From: an uncultured Bacilli bacterium
GTDB lineage: Bacteria; Bacillota_I; Bacilli_A; RFN20; CAG-288
Length of the DNA stretch: 64,000 nucleotides
Direction: 5' to 3'
NCBI GenBank assembly: GCA_944371605.1
Contig: CALVXU010000019.1
Span: forward strand, 20,832 to 84,831
Positions 1 to 9,655 of the stretch are shown piece by piece. The notes beneath the pieces are model-generated. The model was not told where the DNA came from and searched no databases. It saw only the letters and a program-made list of their open reading frames with translations. Made by a program: the position numbers and the translations under genes. Position 1 is the first letter of the stretch. Each line of letters starts with the position of its first letter.

Positions 1-250
1 CAATCCCAATGTTGCTAAATTTTATGGTATCGCTATACAACCAGAAAAAGAGATGGTTTTCATCGTCGTCGATGTCACTATCAAAGATAAAGTGATGAAA
101 CAGATTTATGATGAAGCTGGTTTAGAAACCGTCGGTCAAGGCATCATCTTCTCTTTACCTATCACTGATGCGGTCGGCTTTGATCCTTTACCTAATATCG
201 AAGATATTGAGCAAAAGCTGTTGGAAGAAAAAGCAGAAAAAGCTGAATAA
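1..250 (+). CDS. 3' end of a CDS that runs off the window start (or a 65-aa ORF from the ATG at 53); hypothetical small alpha/beta protein
   Basis: The frame containing the ORF track entry 53..250 stays open back to position 2 (NPNVAKFYGIAIQPEKEMVFIVVD...). There are no recognisable catalytic motifs. The C-terminus is acidic. Confidence 0.4.
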   Translation, partial: NPNVAKFYGIAIQPEKEMVFIVVDVTIKDKVMKQIYDEAGLETVGQGIIFSLPITDAVGFDPLPNIEDIEQKLLEEKAEKAE

Positions 251-254
251 ACTG

Positions 255-818
255 ATGAGCAAAAAGGTATTATTTCCATTAGTCTTATCATTAGCTCTTT
301 CGAGTTGTTCACAAGCCTACAACACTAGTTTTACGATTTACTTTGGCAATATGTATATAAGCAAAGATAGTTATAACTATCAAGCGATCAATCAAAAGCT
401 CTGCCAAAATGAATTTAACAAAGATATATCTGAAGAGTATTATGCGAATATCTACTTTTTTTATGATCAAGAAACTTTAGAAGAATTTCAACAGAACGAA
501 TCATATTATGATCATGGTGAAACGATCAGCATTCCATCAGATCATTTTTTGATTTATTTCTTTGCTCAAGCCCCTGCTTCTTATCGCGCTATCAAAAGAG
601 AAAACATTCAGTATATCGATGAAAATGACCGAGAAGTATTAGTCACTGATAATTTTTATCAATTAGCCTCTAGAAAAGATATCGCTTATTGCTTCATCGA
701 TTTAGAATTAGATATCACTATCTCAAGCCCTTATGTCTTTTCATTCTACTATTATGTGTCTAATGTTTACAGAAATAATCTCAACTTTGAAGATATCAGA
801 ATCATTTTGGCAAGTTAA
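255..818 (+). CDS. hypothetical lipoprotein (187 aa)
   Basis: The internal ATG at 255 gives MSKKVLFPLVLSLALSSC, a signal peptide plus lipobox Cys. The annotated ORF start at 168 would overlap the upstream gene. The 3' end overlaps the mfd stop. Confidence 0.6.
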   Translation: MSKKVLFPLVLSLALSSCSQAYNTSFTIYFGNMYISKDSYNYQAINQKLCQNEFNKDISEEYYANIYFFYDQETLEEFQQNESYYDHGETISIPSDHFLIYFFAQAPASYRAIKRENIQYIDENDREVLVTDNFYQLASRKDIAYCFIDLELDITISSPYVFSFYYYVSNVYRNNLNFEDIRIILAS

Positions 819-3800
819 AATAAGCTTTTTTTAAAGACTCTGTTAAAAAAAGTAAATCATTTAGATAATCTTTGGTTTTCGTAAGGATAAATTGAAATTT
901 ATTATTGATTATTTTCACACGCAATTTTATAAGTAATGGTGCAAGTGTTTCTTCTAATTGTTTATACATTAATGGCTTTGAAGAAAATTCTTTTGATGTT
1001 GTTATATCATAAACACCTAGTGCTTCAACGAAATTATCATATAGTGAGGTGTTAAGATTGATTTCAATCTTTCTCTTGACCAAGAGATTAGCGACTTCTT
1101 CAGGATAAGGACCATAGACATCACGTATCTTTTTGGAAAAAGCATTTAAGTCTTCATCATTCAAACAATCCGATAGTTCTCGATACATATTGATTCGCTC
1201 AGCCTCAGAACCATAAGAAGAAGGAATGTGTGCGTCTAATGAAAATGAGAGTTCAAATCTATAGGCCGTCTCTCTATTTTGCAATGCTTCTTGAACAGTT
1301 TGTTTTTCTTTTACGACTTCTTGTAATAATTCCATATAAGCATCATAGCCAAGCGTATCAACAAATCCTGCTTGCTCAGAGCCTAAAATATCACCAGCTC
1401 CTCTGATGTTTAAATCTTGCATAGCAATTTTATATCCGCTTCCCAGTTCAGTAAAATCTTTTAAAGCTTTTAATCTTTTCCTAGCATCATCCGTCATCTT
1501 TCCTTCATTTTTAAAGAAAAAATAGGCATAGGCTAATCTATCGCTTCTACCAACTCTTCCTTTGATTTGATAGAGTTGAGCTAATCCGAAATGATCAGCA
1601 TCTTCAACGATGATTGTATTGACATTTGGAATATCTAATCCTGACTCGATGATAGAAGTACATACCAACACATCGATTCTATTCTCATAAAAATCAGCCA
1701 TCGTCATCTCTATCTCTTCTTCGCTCATCCTAGCGTGTACCCCTTTGATGACAGCATTAGGAAATTTCGCCGCTAGTTTAGAAACAACTGATGCGAGAGA
1801 ACTGATTTTATTATGCAAATAATAAACTTGTCCCTTTCTCAACAATTCTTTTTCGACGACTTCGTAGATCAATTCTTGATCCATCTTAGCCACATAGGTC
1901 TTGACAGGTAAACGATTGATCGGTGGCTCTTCTAAAAGCGAGAGTGAACGTATGTTCAATAACGACATCTGCATCGTGCGTGGGATAGGTGTTGCTGTGA
2001 GCGTTAAGCAGTCGATATTCTTACTTTTTTCTTTGATTTTCTCTTTATGAGTGACTCCAAATTTTTGCTCTTCATCAACGATTAAAAGCCCTAAATCTTT
2101 AAATTGAATTTCATCTGACAGCAATCGATGCGTTCCGATGACAAAATCTATTTTCCCTTCTTTTAACAGATGAATGTTTTGAATTTGTTCTTTTTTTGAA
2201 ACAAAACGAGAAAAGAAGGCTATCTTAATACCGAATGGCTCTAATCTTTGCTTTGCAACTTTATAATGCTGTTGACAAAGGATAGTAGTAGGGCATAACA
2301 AAGCCACTTGTTTATGTGCTAAAACAGCTTTAAATGTCGCAAAAAAGGCTATTTCAGTTTTACCGAAACCGACATCTCCAGCGATTAATCTATCCATCGG
2401 ATGTGAGGATTCCATATCTTTTTTTATAGCTTCAATCGCCTCGGATTGTGAACGCGTATATTGATAGGGGAAAGAATCCAAATATTCTTGTTCTAATTGT
2501 GGATAGGCTGGGAATGAAAAGCCCGGTTTCAAATTTCTTTCTGAATATAAAGCTAATAGTTGATCGGCTAAATATGAAATCCTAGAGCGGATGCGCGCTT
2601 TTTTTCTCGACCAAGTCGACCCTCCTATTTTGTCTAATACCGGTGTATATCCTTCTCTAGACGAATATTTCCTGATCAAACGATATTGCGAAAGCGGTAG
2701 ATAAAACACAGCATCATCAGCATATTTAATCTTTAAATATTCTAGCCCATCCATAATGGCGACACCTAGGTACTTACCGACACCATGAACTTCATGAACG
2801 ACATAATCACCTTCTTTTAAATCTTCATATTTGGAAATGATTTTTGCTTCTTTATATCTAGTTAAAAATCGAGATTTTGTCTCATTGACTCCATATATTT
2901 CTTTCGCTGACAAATAAACATGCTTATATTCCGGTAGTTCAAACCCTCTCGCTATCGTACCATTAAGCAACATCAATTGCGAATGCGTGGGATAAATCGA
3001 AAACGGCATGTCATTACTAGTCAAATAATTTTCGCAGTTAGATAAATTTGGTTCTGGCAAAACTATTCGTACTTTGTATCCTTCATTTAAATATTGTTCA
3101 AACAATTTGTTCGATTCAGCATAAGAGATTGATTTATACGAATTATTTCTGACTATAAACGAATCTCCTTCTAAATAGCAAGCTTTTATAAAGCCGGTAA
3201 AATCAGGCTGCTCACTAATATAGACTTTTTCTCCATCTATCGAGTTGTTTTCTTTTATCGAATGCTTAAAATAAGTTTTTTCTTTATTTTTTATATCTTT
3301 ATATATTTCATAAATTTGTGATGGTTCATAAATGTATTTTTCATAATCTTCCAAGTATGATAATAAAGATGATGTACTTTTAGAAAAGAATGGATAAAAA
3401 CGTTGATTAATATCTGTCAAGTTCAGATTTTTCGCTTCATCTAAAAGTGAATTGATTCTCTCTAATAAATCATCATAATTCCCTCTAGATATTAAACTGA
3501 CCTGTTCTAATCGCTTTAAAATCTCCTCTTTGCCAGCTTGATATTCTTTCTCTGTGAACAGATTCATTGAAAACGGATGGATAACGATTTCTTCAATATG
3601 TTTATAAGAAAGTTCATCTCTCGCTTTAAACAGTCTCAAATCATCAATCTCATCACCAAAAAATTCGATACGTATCGGATCAGGATAACATGAATCAAAG
3701 ACGTCAAGAATTCCACCACGTAAAGAAAACTGACCAGGTGAAGAAACACGATCAACCGCTTTATATCCAGCTCTAATCAATCTGTTTAAAAGATCATCAC

Positions 3801-4242
3801 GGTCGAACAAGTCGTGATTCTTAATCAAAATAATCTGCTCTTTATATGTTTCCTTGGGTGTGATGAGTAATGAACTAGCTGAGAGATGGGAGACTAAGAT
3901 TGATGGCTTAGAAGAAAAAATAGAAGAGAGAGCTAACATCCTTTCATCATGCATTTCTAAAGATACACCGATAGCTGAATTTCGAAATATTTCATCATAC
4001 GGGAATAAATATGAAGAATCTTCATCAATATAATTGTTTAAAAATTGATTAAATGCTTGAGCTTCATATATAGTCGCAAATAAAAAGAAAAGTTTTCTTG
4101 GCTTTTTTAAATATGACAAAGCAGCAAGAAGAGCCAATGCCTCTGGCGAAGAAACATGGACTTCTTGTCCCACATCGAGATTTTTTAATTCTTTATCTTG
4201 TGAGAGATAGTTAAACAAAGAAACTTTATCTAATATAGCCAT
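802..4242 (-). CDS. mfd: transcription-repair coupling factor Mfd (1146 aa)
   Basis: Superfamily-2 helicase motifs are present: Walker A GDVGFGKTEIA and DEEQKFGV. The length and domain order match Mfd. The gene ends with TGA and overlaps the pth stop by ATGA. Confidence 0.95.
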   Translation of the reverse strand: MAILDKVSLFNYLSQDKELKNLDVGQEVHVSSPEALALLAALSYLKKPRKLFFLFATIYEAQAFNQFLNNYIDEDSSYLFPYDEIFRNSAIGVSLEMHDERMLALSSIFSSKPSILVSHLSASSLLITPKETYKEQIILIKNHDLFDRDDLLNRLIRAGYKAVDRVSSPGQFSLRGGILDVFDSCYPDPIRIEFFGDEIDDLRLFKARDELSYKHIEEIVIHPFSMNLFTEKEYQAGKEEILKRLEQVSLISRGNYDDLLERINSLLDEAKNLNLTDINQRFYPFFSKSTSSLLSYLEDYEKYIYEPSQIYEIYKDIKNKEKTYFKHSIKENNSIDGEKVYISEQPDFTGFIKACYLEGDSFIVRNNSYKSISYAESNKLFEQYLNEGYKVRIVLPEPNLSNCENYLTSNDMPFSIYPTHSQLMLLNGTIARGFELPEYKHVYLSAKEIYGVNETKSRFLTRYKEAKIISKYEDLKEGDYVVHEVHGVGKYLGVAIMDGLEYLKIKYADDAVFYLPLSQYRLIRKYSSREGYTPVLDKIGGSTWSRKKARIRSRISYLADQLLALYSERNLKPGFSFPAYPQLEQEYLDSFPYQYTRSQSEAIEAIKKDMESSHPMDRLIAGDVGFGKTEIAFFATFKAVLAHKQVALLCPTTILCQQHYKVAKQRLEPFGIKIAFFSRFVSKKEQIQNIHLLKEGKIDFVIGTHRLLSDEIQFKDLGLLIVDEEQKFGVTHKEKIKEKSKNIDCLTLTATPIPRTMQMSLLNIRSLSLLEEPPINRLPVKTYVAKMDQELIYEVVEKELLRKGQVYYLHNKISSLASVVSKLAAKFPNAVIKGVHARMSEEEIEMTMADFYENRIDVLVCTSIIESGLDIPNVNTIIVEDADHFGLAQLYQIKGRVGRSDRLAYAYFFFKNEGKMTDDARKRLKALKDFTELGSGYKIAMQDLNIRGAGDILGSEQAGFVDTLGYDAYMELLQEVVKEKQTVQEALQNRETAYRFELSFSLDAHIPSSYGSEAERINMYRELSDCLNDEDLNAFSKKIRDVYGPYPEEVANLLVKRKIEINLNTSLYDNFVEALGVYDITTSKEFSSKPLMYKQLEETLAPLLIKLRVKIINNKFQFILTKTKDYLNDLLFLTESLKKAYFNLPK

Positions 4243-4814
4243 CAGTGATTAAATTGATTCATCGCTTTATCAAACGAGTATTTGAGACTGTATTCTAAAG
4301 CAGCACAAGCTTTTGAAATGCCGTCTTTCCAAGCATCATATTCAGCTTGCTCTTTTGGAGCCGAAAGAACGAAATTAGCTAGTCCGGGATGAGTTGGTCT
4401 ACCGATTCCTATACGGATGCGTTTAAATTCCTCAGATCCTAAAACTGAAATGATGCTTTTTAAACCATTATGCCCACCAGCAGCCCCTTTAAATCTGAGA
4501 CGTATCTGTCCAGGTTTTGTATCCAAATCATCGACTAAAATGATAACATCTTCTTTTTGTATCTTATAAAATTGCATTGCTTCTTTTAAAGCCTCTCCAG
4601 AGAGATTTACATATGTCAGTGGCTTTAAAAGCAGAACATCTTCTTCGAAAGCTTTGCCTTTTCCACATAAAGATTTAAATTTCTTTTTGTCAATCGGTAT
4701 ATCTAAATCCAAACTGAAAAGATCTAATGCCTGAAATCCAGAATTATGTCTTGTATCTTCATATAAAGCGCCAAAATTACCTATTCCTAAAATCAGTTTC
4801 ATATCATTCACCAC
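4242..4814 (-). CDS. pth: peptidyl-tRNA hydrolase
   Basis: N-terminal LILGIGNFGALYEDTRHNSGF matches the Pth signature (GLGNPG..Y..TRHN.GF). The protein is 190 aa. Confidence 0.92.
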   Translation of the reverse strand: MVNDMKLILGIGNFGALYEDTRHNSGFQALDLFSLDLDIPIDKKKFKSLCGKGKAFEEDVLLLKPLTYVNLSGEALKEAMQFYKIQKEDVIILVDDLDTKPGQIRLRFKGAAGGHNGLKSIISVLGSEEFKRIRIGIGRPTHPGLANFVLSAPKEQAEYDAWKDGISKACAALEYSLKYSFDKAMNQFNH

Positions 4815-5403
4815 CCTTTAAAAATTTAACGAATTCGGCGATGGCTCTGCCTCGATGTGAAACAGCATTTTTCTCTTCTTCACTCGCTCTTCCAAATGTT
4901 TTTTTCAACTCAATAGAATAAAAAATCGGATCATATCCAAAACCGCCTTTTTGTCCCTCTTCATCAAATTCTCGAATGATCTTACCAGGCACATTTGAAA
5001 CGAATGTTCTATCAATTTTTTTAGCTTTATTGATATAGGTGACAGCACAAGTGAAGTGCGCATCTCTGACATCGATGTCTTCTAACATGTTTAGAATCTC
5101 TTTTTGTTTTTCGATATAAGACTGACCTTCTAAAAATCTCGCTGAAAAAGCACCAGGAAATCCATGAAAAGCATCGATGCATAGCCCAGAATCATCAGCG
5201 ATGACTGGAACATCTGTTTTCTTAGAAATATCCAAGGCTTTGATATGCGAGTTTTCCTCAAACGTGATGCCTGTTTCTTTGCTATCGATATGCAAACCAA
5301 CATCATTCAGCGAAAGAACTTTAACACCAATCGCGATTAACATCTCTTTGACTTCTTGAACTTTATGTTCATTGCTAGTAGCAAAAATAATTTTATCAAT
5401 CAT
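4804..5403 (-). CDS. rdgB: non-canonical purine NTP pyrophosphatase (RdgB/HAM1 family)
   Basis: IIFATSNEHKVQE, FGYDPIF and SHRGRA are characteristic of RdgB/Ham1. The ORF track extends to 5427, but the MIDKIIFATSN start at 5403 fits the family N-terminus better and has a purine-rich region upstream. It overlaps pth by 11 nt. Confidence 0.8.
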   Translation of the reverse strand: MIDKIIFATSNEHKVQEVKEMLIAIGVKVLSLNDVGLHIDSKETGITFEENSHIKALDISKKTDVPVIADDSGLCIDAFHGFPGAFSARFLEGQSYIEKQKEILNMLEDIDVRDAHFTCAVTYINKAKKIDRTFVSNVPGKIIREFDEEGQKGGFGYDPIFYSIELKKTFGRASEEEKNAVSHRGRAIAEFVKFLKGGE

Positions 5404-5612
5404 ACTGCCTATCTTTCTTTCAGTCACTTAATTATAGTTAAAATCAGCTTGCTTTTTGTAGGCTTCGCAAAAAAATATCTTTAAATATTATTTTTTACAT
5501 ATATTTATTTTATTTTTTACGTCATATAATAAATATATAGTAAAAAAACGCAATGTTTTAAAGCAATTTTTGCAATAATAGCGTGAAAGCGCTTTGATAA
5601 AATAATATGAGC

Positions 5613-5630
5613 GCTAGGGCTTTCCCTAGC
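5613..5630 (+). promoter_or_regulatory. short perfect stem-loop (GCTAGGG-CTTT-CCCTAGC) in the 5' leader of the 5673 operon
   Basis: 7-bp inverted repeat with a 4-nt loop, 40 nt upstream of the start codon. Function unknown. Confidence 0.3.
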
Positions 5631-5672
5631 AGTTTGTGTATGGATTGATGCAATTTAAATAAGGAGGAGATT

Positions 5673-8600
5673 ATGAGGAAAAAAGTTTTGCTGTCGGTTT
5701 GTCCGCCTCTTCTTTTATCTCTCAGCATCCTTGGCACAGGTTTTGCCCTAGGAGCTAATGAGGATTCTTCAACATCAACAGGCGAAGAAGAAAATAAAGA
5801 ACCGATCAAAGCTACAATTGCAGATATTTATGAAAACACCCGTCCTGATTATGGCGAGATTTTCGATTACGATTCAGAATATGTCCCATCTGATCCACCG
5901 GATGTCAACAAAGATATCACCCTTACATTAGATTCTAGATCACCTGTCAAATTCAAAAACGGTTCTAATACTCTTGTTAAGAAGCCGACAGAATATTTGA
6001 CAGAAGATGATTTTGATTTAGATGGTATAACAGGTGGTAGAAAATTAGCTGGTATTGCTAATGTCACTGAAGAAGGTATCGGTTCTGGAGTTGCGTTAGA
6101 CTCTTATACAGTCCCATTTGAAAACGCGACTATTCTTCCATATTTCTCTGCTGCTGAAGGCTTCACTTCTATCGATATAGCTAGCGGATCATATAGTCAC
6201 AACATTAATACTGATGGACTCAGTTGGAGTGGTATCACCACAGAGAGAACCACAATCACTAGAAATGTTGTGGTGCCCGGAGGCAGTGATAATTATCCAG
6301 CTATTGGTGCGACTATCGATATCAGCGGAATAGTTGATGCTGGAGATGCGTTTAGAATCGATAATGATGCCGCTGATGTTAATGTCAATGATAAAGAGAA
6401 TGAAACTTTCGCTGTCTATGAATTCAATTATAATTTCTATAACTTTGGTGAAAGTGATCTACATTTAGAATACTATCAAATTTCCAATTCTTCTGAATAT
6501 AAAAATGGCAGCACTGATTATGAAAATCATTATCGTATTGACGTGATTTTAAAACCTGGTGAAGGTTTCTCAACAATGGGTCAATATAAGTTGAAAGACA
6601 ATAACAATTTCTTGACCTATGTCGTTGTTGACAGAACTGTAGAAGACTTTAATTTAGGGTTAGCTATCGAAGCTAAGAAGACTGATTTAGAAGAGCCATC
6701 TACTATCAGTCCTGAGAAACCTAAAGAATATGCTCCTATCAACCTCAATTTACCTGATGGCATCACTTTAAAAGACGATAGTTATGGACAAGGCGTTATC
6801 GGTGAGCCTATCATTCCTCCGACTGACGAACAATTGAACAATACCACAGGTAGAACCATCGAAGGTTGGTATATCGACGGTGATGAACATACCATCATTG
6901 ATGGCACTAGATTGCCAGAAGGTGGTGTCACTATCGCTCCTTACTTCGCTCCTCTTGAAGGACAGCAGCTAGTTCCTGGTGATTCAAAATCCTACCATGC
7001 TGATTATTATTACAATTTAGATGATGAAGCCGCTGCTGAAGAAGATGAAGATTATTATAAAGATGAAACGACCATCAAAACAAAACTCCATTTCATCAAT
7101 AATGAAAAGGGTGTTATCGTTTCTAAAACTGATGGTTTTATCAAGAATGATTTCTTTAGATTACTAACATATTGTGGAGAATCTAAAACTAATCAAGGCA
7201 TCATCGCTAACAATAAATATCGTTTCACTTACAATTTCACCAACCAAGGTAGCGAAACCATAAAATTCCACGTGATTCAAATTCAACAACAGACTGCGAT
7301 CACTGAAGAAGAGGGTGCTGTCATCAGCGAAACAATCACTTTAGAGCCACAACAAAGCAAACAAATTGTTCTAGAGATTGTTTTAACTAATGATAACAAA
7401 AATGCTATGACTGGCTTTGTCATGGAAGATGATGTTTCAGCTTTTGAAATGGCGATGACAATGAACAAGCAAAATCTTACTGCTCCGACGATGTCCAATG
7501 TCACTTTAGTCAATTCTCCAATAACTTTCGCTAACGGAACTAATACTATTTCTAAAGAATTAGGTAAGACTTTAACCTTAGCTGATTTTGATACATCTTC
7601 TATCGCTGATAGTCGCACATTGCTCGGTGTAGCCGAAGTCACAGCTGACGGATATGTCAATCAGACATCTTTAGAAAATGGTGGATCATATGCTTTATCC
7701 AGTAAAGAAGTATCAATAATGCCTTACTTTTCTGAAGCTTCCGGACTCACTAGAGTGGTTGCTGCTGGCGCTAATCATGGCTTTAATTTAGATGGTGTTC
7801 CTGGCACATTAAACGATGACTTATTTGCCACTAATGATGAAGCTTATGCTGATATCTCTTTCTCTTCCAACAAAGTGATTTCTGCTGGCGAAGATAGCTA
7901 TGCACAATTAGGTTTCATAGGCGGAATCAATAAGAAGATAACCACCGGTGACGGAATGAGATGGGATTTTAAAGCCAATGGTGTTAACTCCAGCTCTTCT
8001 GCTGAAGCCGTTTATGAATTCCACTATATCTTTGAAAATATGGGAGATGAAGATTTGCATTTAGATTTCTATCAAATCTCTGCTTCTTCCGAATATAAAG
8101 AGAATAATAAAGCCTATGAAAGCCGCTATCGCATCGATATCGATTTAGCACCTGGTGAAAGCATGACTGCTTTAGGCCAATATAAATTAGGTAGTAATAA
8201 TAACTTCCTATCTTTCGCCATCGCTGATCAAGATATGAACAGCATGTCATTAGGTATTTCTATCACAGCTAAAAAGACTGATTTAAGTGAACCGACCACT
8301 GTTTCTGAACCTGAAGATGAAGAACCAGTCGATCCAGAACCCATTGAAGAACTTGTAAAATTTAATTTGCCTTCTGGTATCACAATCAAAGATACTTATA
8401 CAGCTGGAAATGCTGGAGATAAGTTAATAGTTCCTACAGCTGATCAAATCGAAAACACCACTGGTAGAACTATCGAAGGCTGGTTTATCGATGATGCTGA
8501 CGCTGATATAGTGACTGATTCAACCACTATTCCTGAAGCCGGTGTCACCATCGCACCTTATTTCGCACCTATCAATGATTACAATAAGCTTTGGCTTTGT

Positions 8601-9104
8601 TCTGGAAGTTGGAATGGCAAACCGAATGATTCTAATTATACAGGTATCGATATCGATAGTTTTACACAAAATCCTCATACTGAGGAGGGGGTGACTAATA
8701 CAGACAGACAAAAAATAGTCAGAGGTAAAAATGGTTTTGCTGAATTAGGCGTAGATCTCGAATATACTGGCGGAACTATTAATGCTGGAAACTACTTTAG
8801 ATGCGACAGCAAATACTTACCATCTAACATGACTGCTGGCACTCATAAATTTTCTCTTAATTTTGAAAATAAAGGTACTGCTGAAATCGACTTTACACTC
8901 TATTTGATCAACAGCGGACACGATAAAAATAGTGCAAGTAACAATAGCTTTGTTCTCAAATTAGCTCCAGGAGAATCAACCACCATCTCTATTTCACCGA
9001 CATATGCTGGTAATAATGGAAATTGCTTGCTCTTATTTGAAGCTAATTCCGCATGCTCTGACTTTAATTTAGGCGTCGCTATGTCCGTAAAATATGGTGC
9101 CTAA
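5673..9104 (+). CDS. large secreted repeat protein (1143 aa) with tandem ~390-aa modules, each ending in a Listeria-Bacteroides (Flg_new)-like repeat
   Basis: AAGGAGG ribosome-binding site at 5660-5666 and N-terminal signal peptide (MRKKVLLSVCPPLLLSLSILGTGFALGANE). Two near-collinear repeats (YEFNYNFYNFGESDLHLEYYQIS...TGRTIEGWYIDGD...GVTIAPYFAP and YEFHYIFENMGDEDLHLDFYQIS...TGRTIEGWFIDDADAD...GVTIAPYFAP) plus a truncated third copy at the C-terminus. No C-terminal anchor. Confidence 0.8.
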   Translation: MRKKVLLSVCPPLLLSLSILGTGFALGANEDSSTSTGEEENKEPIKATIADIYENTRPDYGEIFDYDSEYVPSDPPDVNKDITLTLDSRSPVKFKNGSNTLVKKPTEYLTEDDFDLDGITGGRKLAGIANVTEEGIGSGVALDSYTVPFENATILPYFSAAEGFTSIDIASGSYSHNINTDGLSWSGITTERTTITRNVVVPGGSDNYPAIGATIDISGIVDAGDAFRIDNDAADVNVNDKENETFAVYEFNYNFYNFGESDLHLEYYQISNSSEYKNGSTDYENHYRIDVILKPGEGFSTMGQYKLKDNNNFLTYVVVDRTVEDFNLGLAIEAKKTDLEEPSTISPEKPKEYAPINLNLPDGITLKDDSYGQGVIGEPIIPPTDEQLNNTTGRTIEGWYIDGDEHTIIDGTRLPEGGVTIAPYFAPLEGQQLVPGDSKSYHADYYYNLDDEAAAEEDEDYYKDETTIKTKLHFINNEKGVIVSKTDGFIKNDFFRLLTYCGESKTNQGIIANNKYRFTYNFTNQGSETIKFHVIQIQQQTAITEEEGAVISETITLEPQQSKQIVLEIVLTNDNKNAMTGFVMEDDVSAFEMAMTMNKQNLTAPTMSNVTLVNSPITFANGTNTISKELGKTLTLADFDTSSIADSRTLLGVAEVTADGYVNQTSLENGGSYALSSKEVSIMPYFSEASGLTRVVAAGANHGFNLDGVPGTLNDDLFATNDEAYADISFSSNKVISAGEDSYAQLGFIGGINKKITTGDGMRWDFKANGVNSSSSAEAVYEFHYIFENMGDEDLHLDFYQISASSEYKENNKAYESRYRIDIDLAPGESMTALGQYKLGSNNNFLSFAIADQDMNSMSLGISITAKKTDLSEPTTVSEPEDEEPVDPEPIEELVKFNLPSGITIKDTYTAGNAGDKLIVPTADQIENTTGRTIEGWFIDDADADIVTDSTTIPEAGVTIAPYFAPINDYNKLWLCSGSWNGKPNDSNYTGIDIDSFTQNPHTEEGVTNTDRQKIVRGKNGFAELGVDLEYTGGTINAGNYFRCDSKYLPSNMTAGTHKFSLNFENKGTAEIDFTLYLINSGHDKNSASNNSFVLKLAPGESTTISISPTYAGNNGNCLLLFEANSACSDFNLGVAMSVKYGA

Positions 9105-9115
9105 CAGGAGGAAAT

Positions 9116-9655
9116 ATGAGTAATACATTTAGAAATAAAAAAGTAGGGTCTTATTTCGGTGCTTTCTTCGCACTATTAGTCATCGCCTTAGCCATCTATT
9201 ATTTCATCGCAATCGTTCCATTAGCTACAGTTGAAGGAGCTGCTCTTTATAATATTTTGGCTCCTTGGCAGCTCTATACCATCTTCGCCTTATTATTAGC
9301 TGGTGGTGTCCTTTATCTGGTCTCTTTCTTCTTTAATTTAGACAAATTAGGTGCTGGCGTCATGGGTACTTTATGCTTTGTTTCCTTCATTCTTTATATA
9401 ATACCTGTCTTAGCTTATCCGATAAGTCAAATGATGGTCTATCCTATCGACCAATTGTTCCAAATCCCTCATTTAATAACCGTTTTAATAATCCCTATCG
9501 GCGCATTACTTCTAGCTATCATTTGCAACGTCTTAGCTTATTGTCCATTAGTTAAAAGAAATGATACTATCACTTCTGACTATCTCTATAAAATTTTAAC
9601 TGAAGGTTTTGATTTCATCACTCTTAACAAGGAGGCCACACATGAAGAAAAATAA
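9116..9655 (+). CDS. polytopic membrane protein (179 aa, 4-5 TM helices), hypothetical
   Basis: Strong ribosome-binding site (CAGGAGG) 7 nt upstream. Hydrophobic segments run throughout. It lies between the repeat-protein gene and the GH3 gene and overlaps the next gene start. Confidence 0.65.
   Translation: MSNTFRNKKVGSYFGAFFALLVIALAIYYFIAIVPLATVEGAALYNILAPWQLYTIFALLLAGGVLYLVSFFFNLDKLGAGVMGTLCFVSFILYIIPVLAYPISQMMVYPIDQLFQIPHLITVLIIPIGALLLAIICNVLAYCPLVKRNDTITSDYLYKILTEGFDFITLNKEATHEEK

Noticed and set aside
168-254. Upstream extension of the lipoprotein ORF to the ATG at 168 (MRSALILYLISKILSKSCWKKKQKK...)
   Set aside because: The extension overlaps the preceding reading frame and precedes the obvious signal peptide/lipobox that begins at the internal ATG 255. 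Start moved to 255.
770-805. Apparent one-nucleotide discrepancy when hand-translating around 780 (extra C relative to the ORF-track protein) and a +1 offset of the mfd stop
   Set aside because: Most likely my own counting error on the printed sequence. Coordinates agree with the track at 53, 168, 255, 4242 and 62038. I did not call a frameshift or pseudogene, and I kept the ORF-track coordinates.
5177-5359. Numerous 60-125-aa ORFs antisense to long genes (for example 5177..5359, 7283..7660, 25220..25495, 31172..31405, 37789..37986, 54797..55060)
   Set aside because: They lie wholly inside well-supported genes on the opposite strand, lack ribosome-binding sites and have skewed composition. 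Treated as noise.
9609-9641. GH3 start at 9609 (MISSLLTRRPH...) and protease start at 40529 (MINNLNKIDFAYFSEVIL...)
   Set aside because: Internal ATGs (9642 and 40475) are preceded by canonical AAGGAGG/GGAGG ribosome-binding sites and begin directly with Lys-rich n-regions of signal peptides. The longer starts lack ribosome-binding sites.
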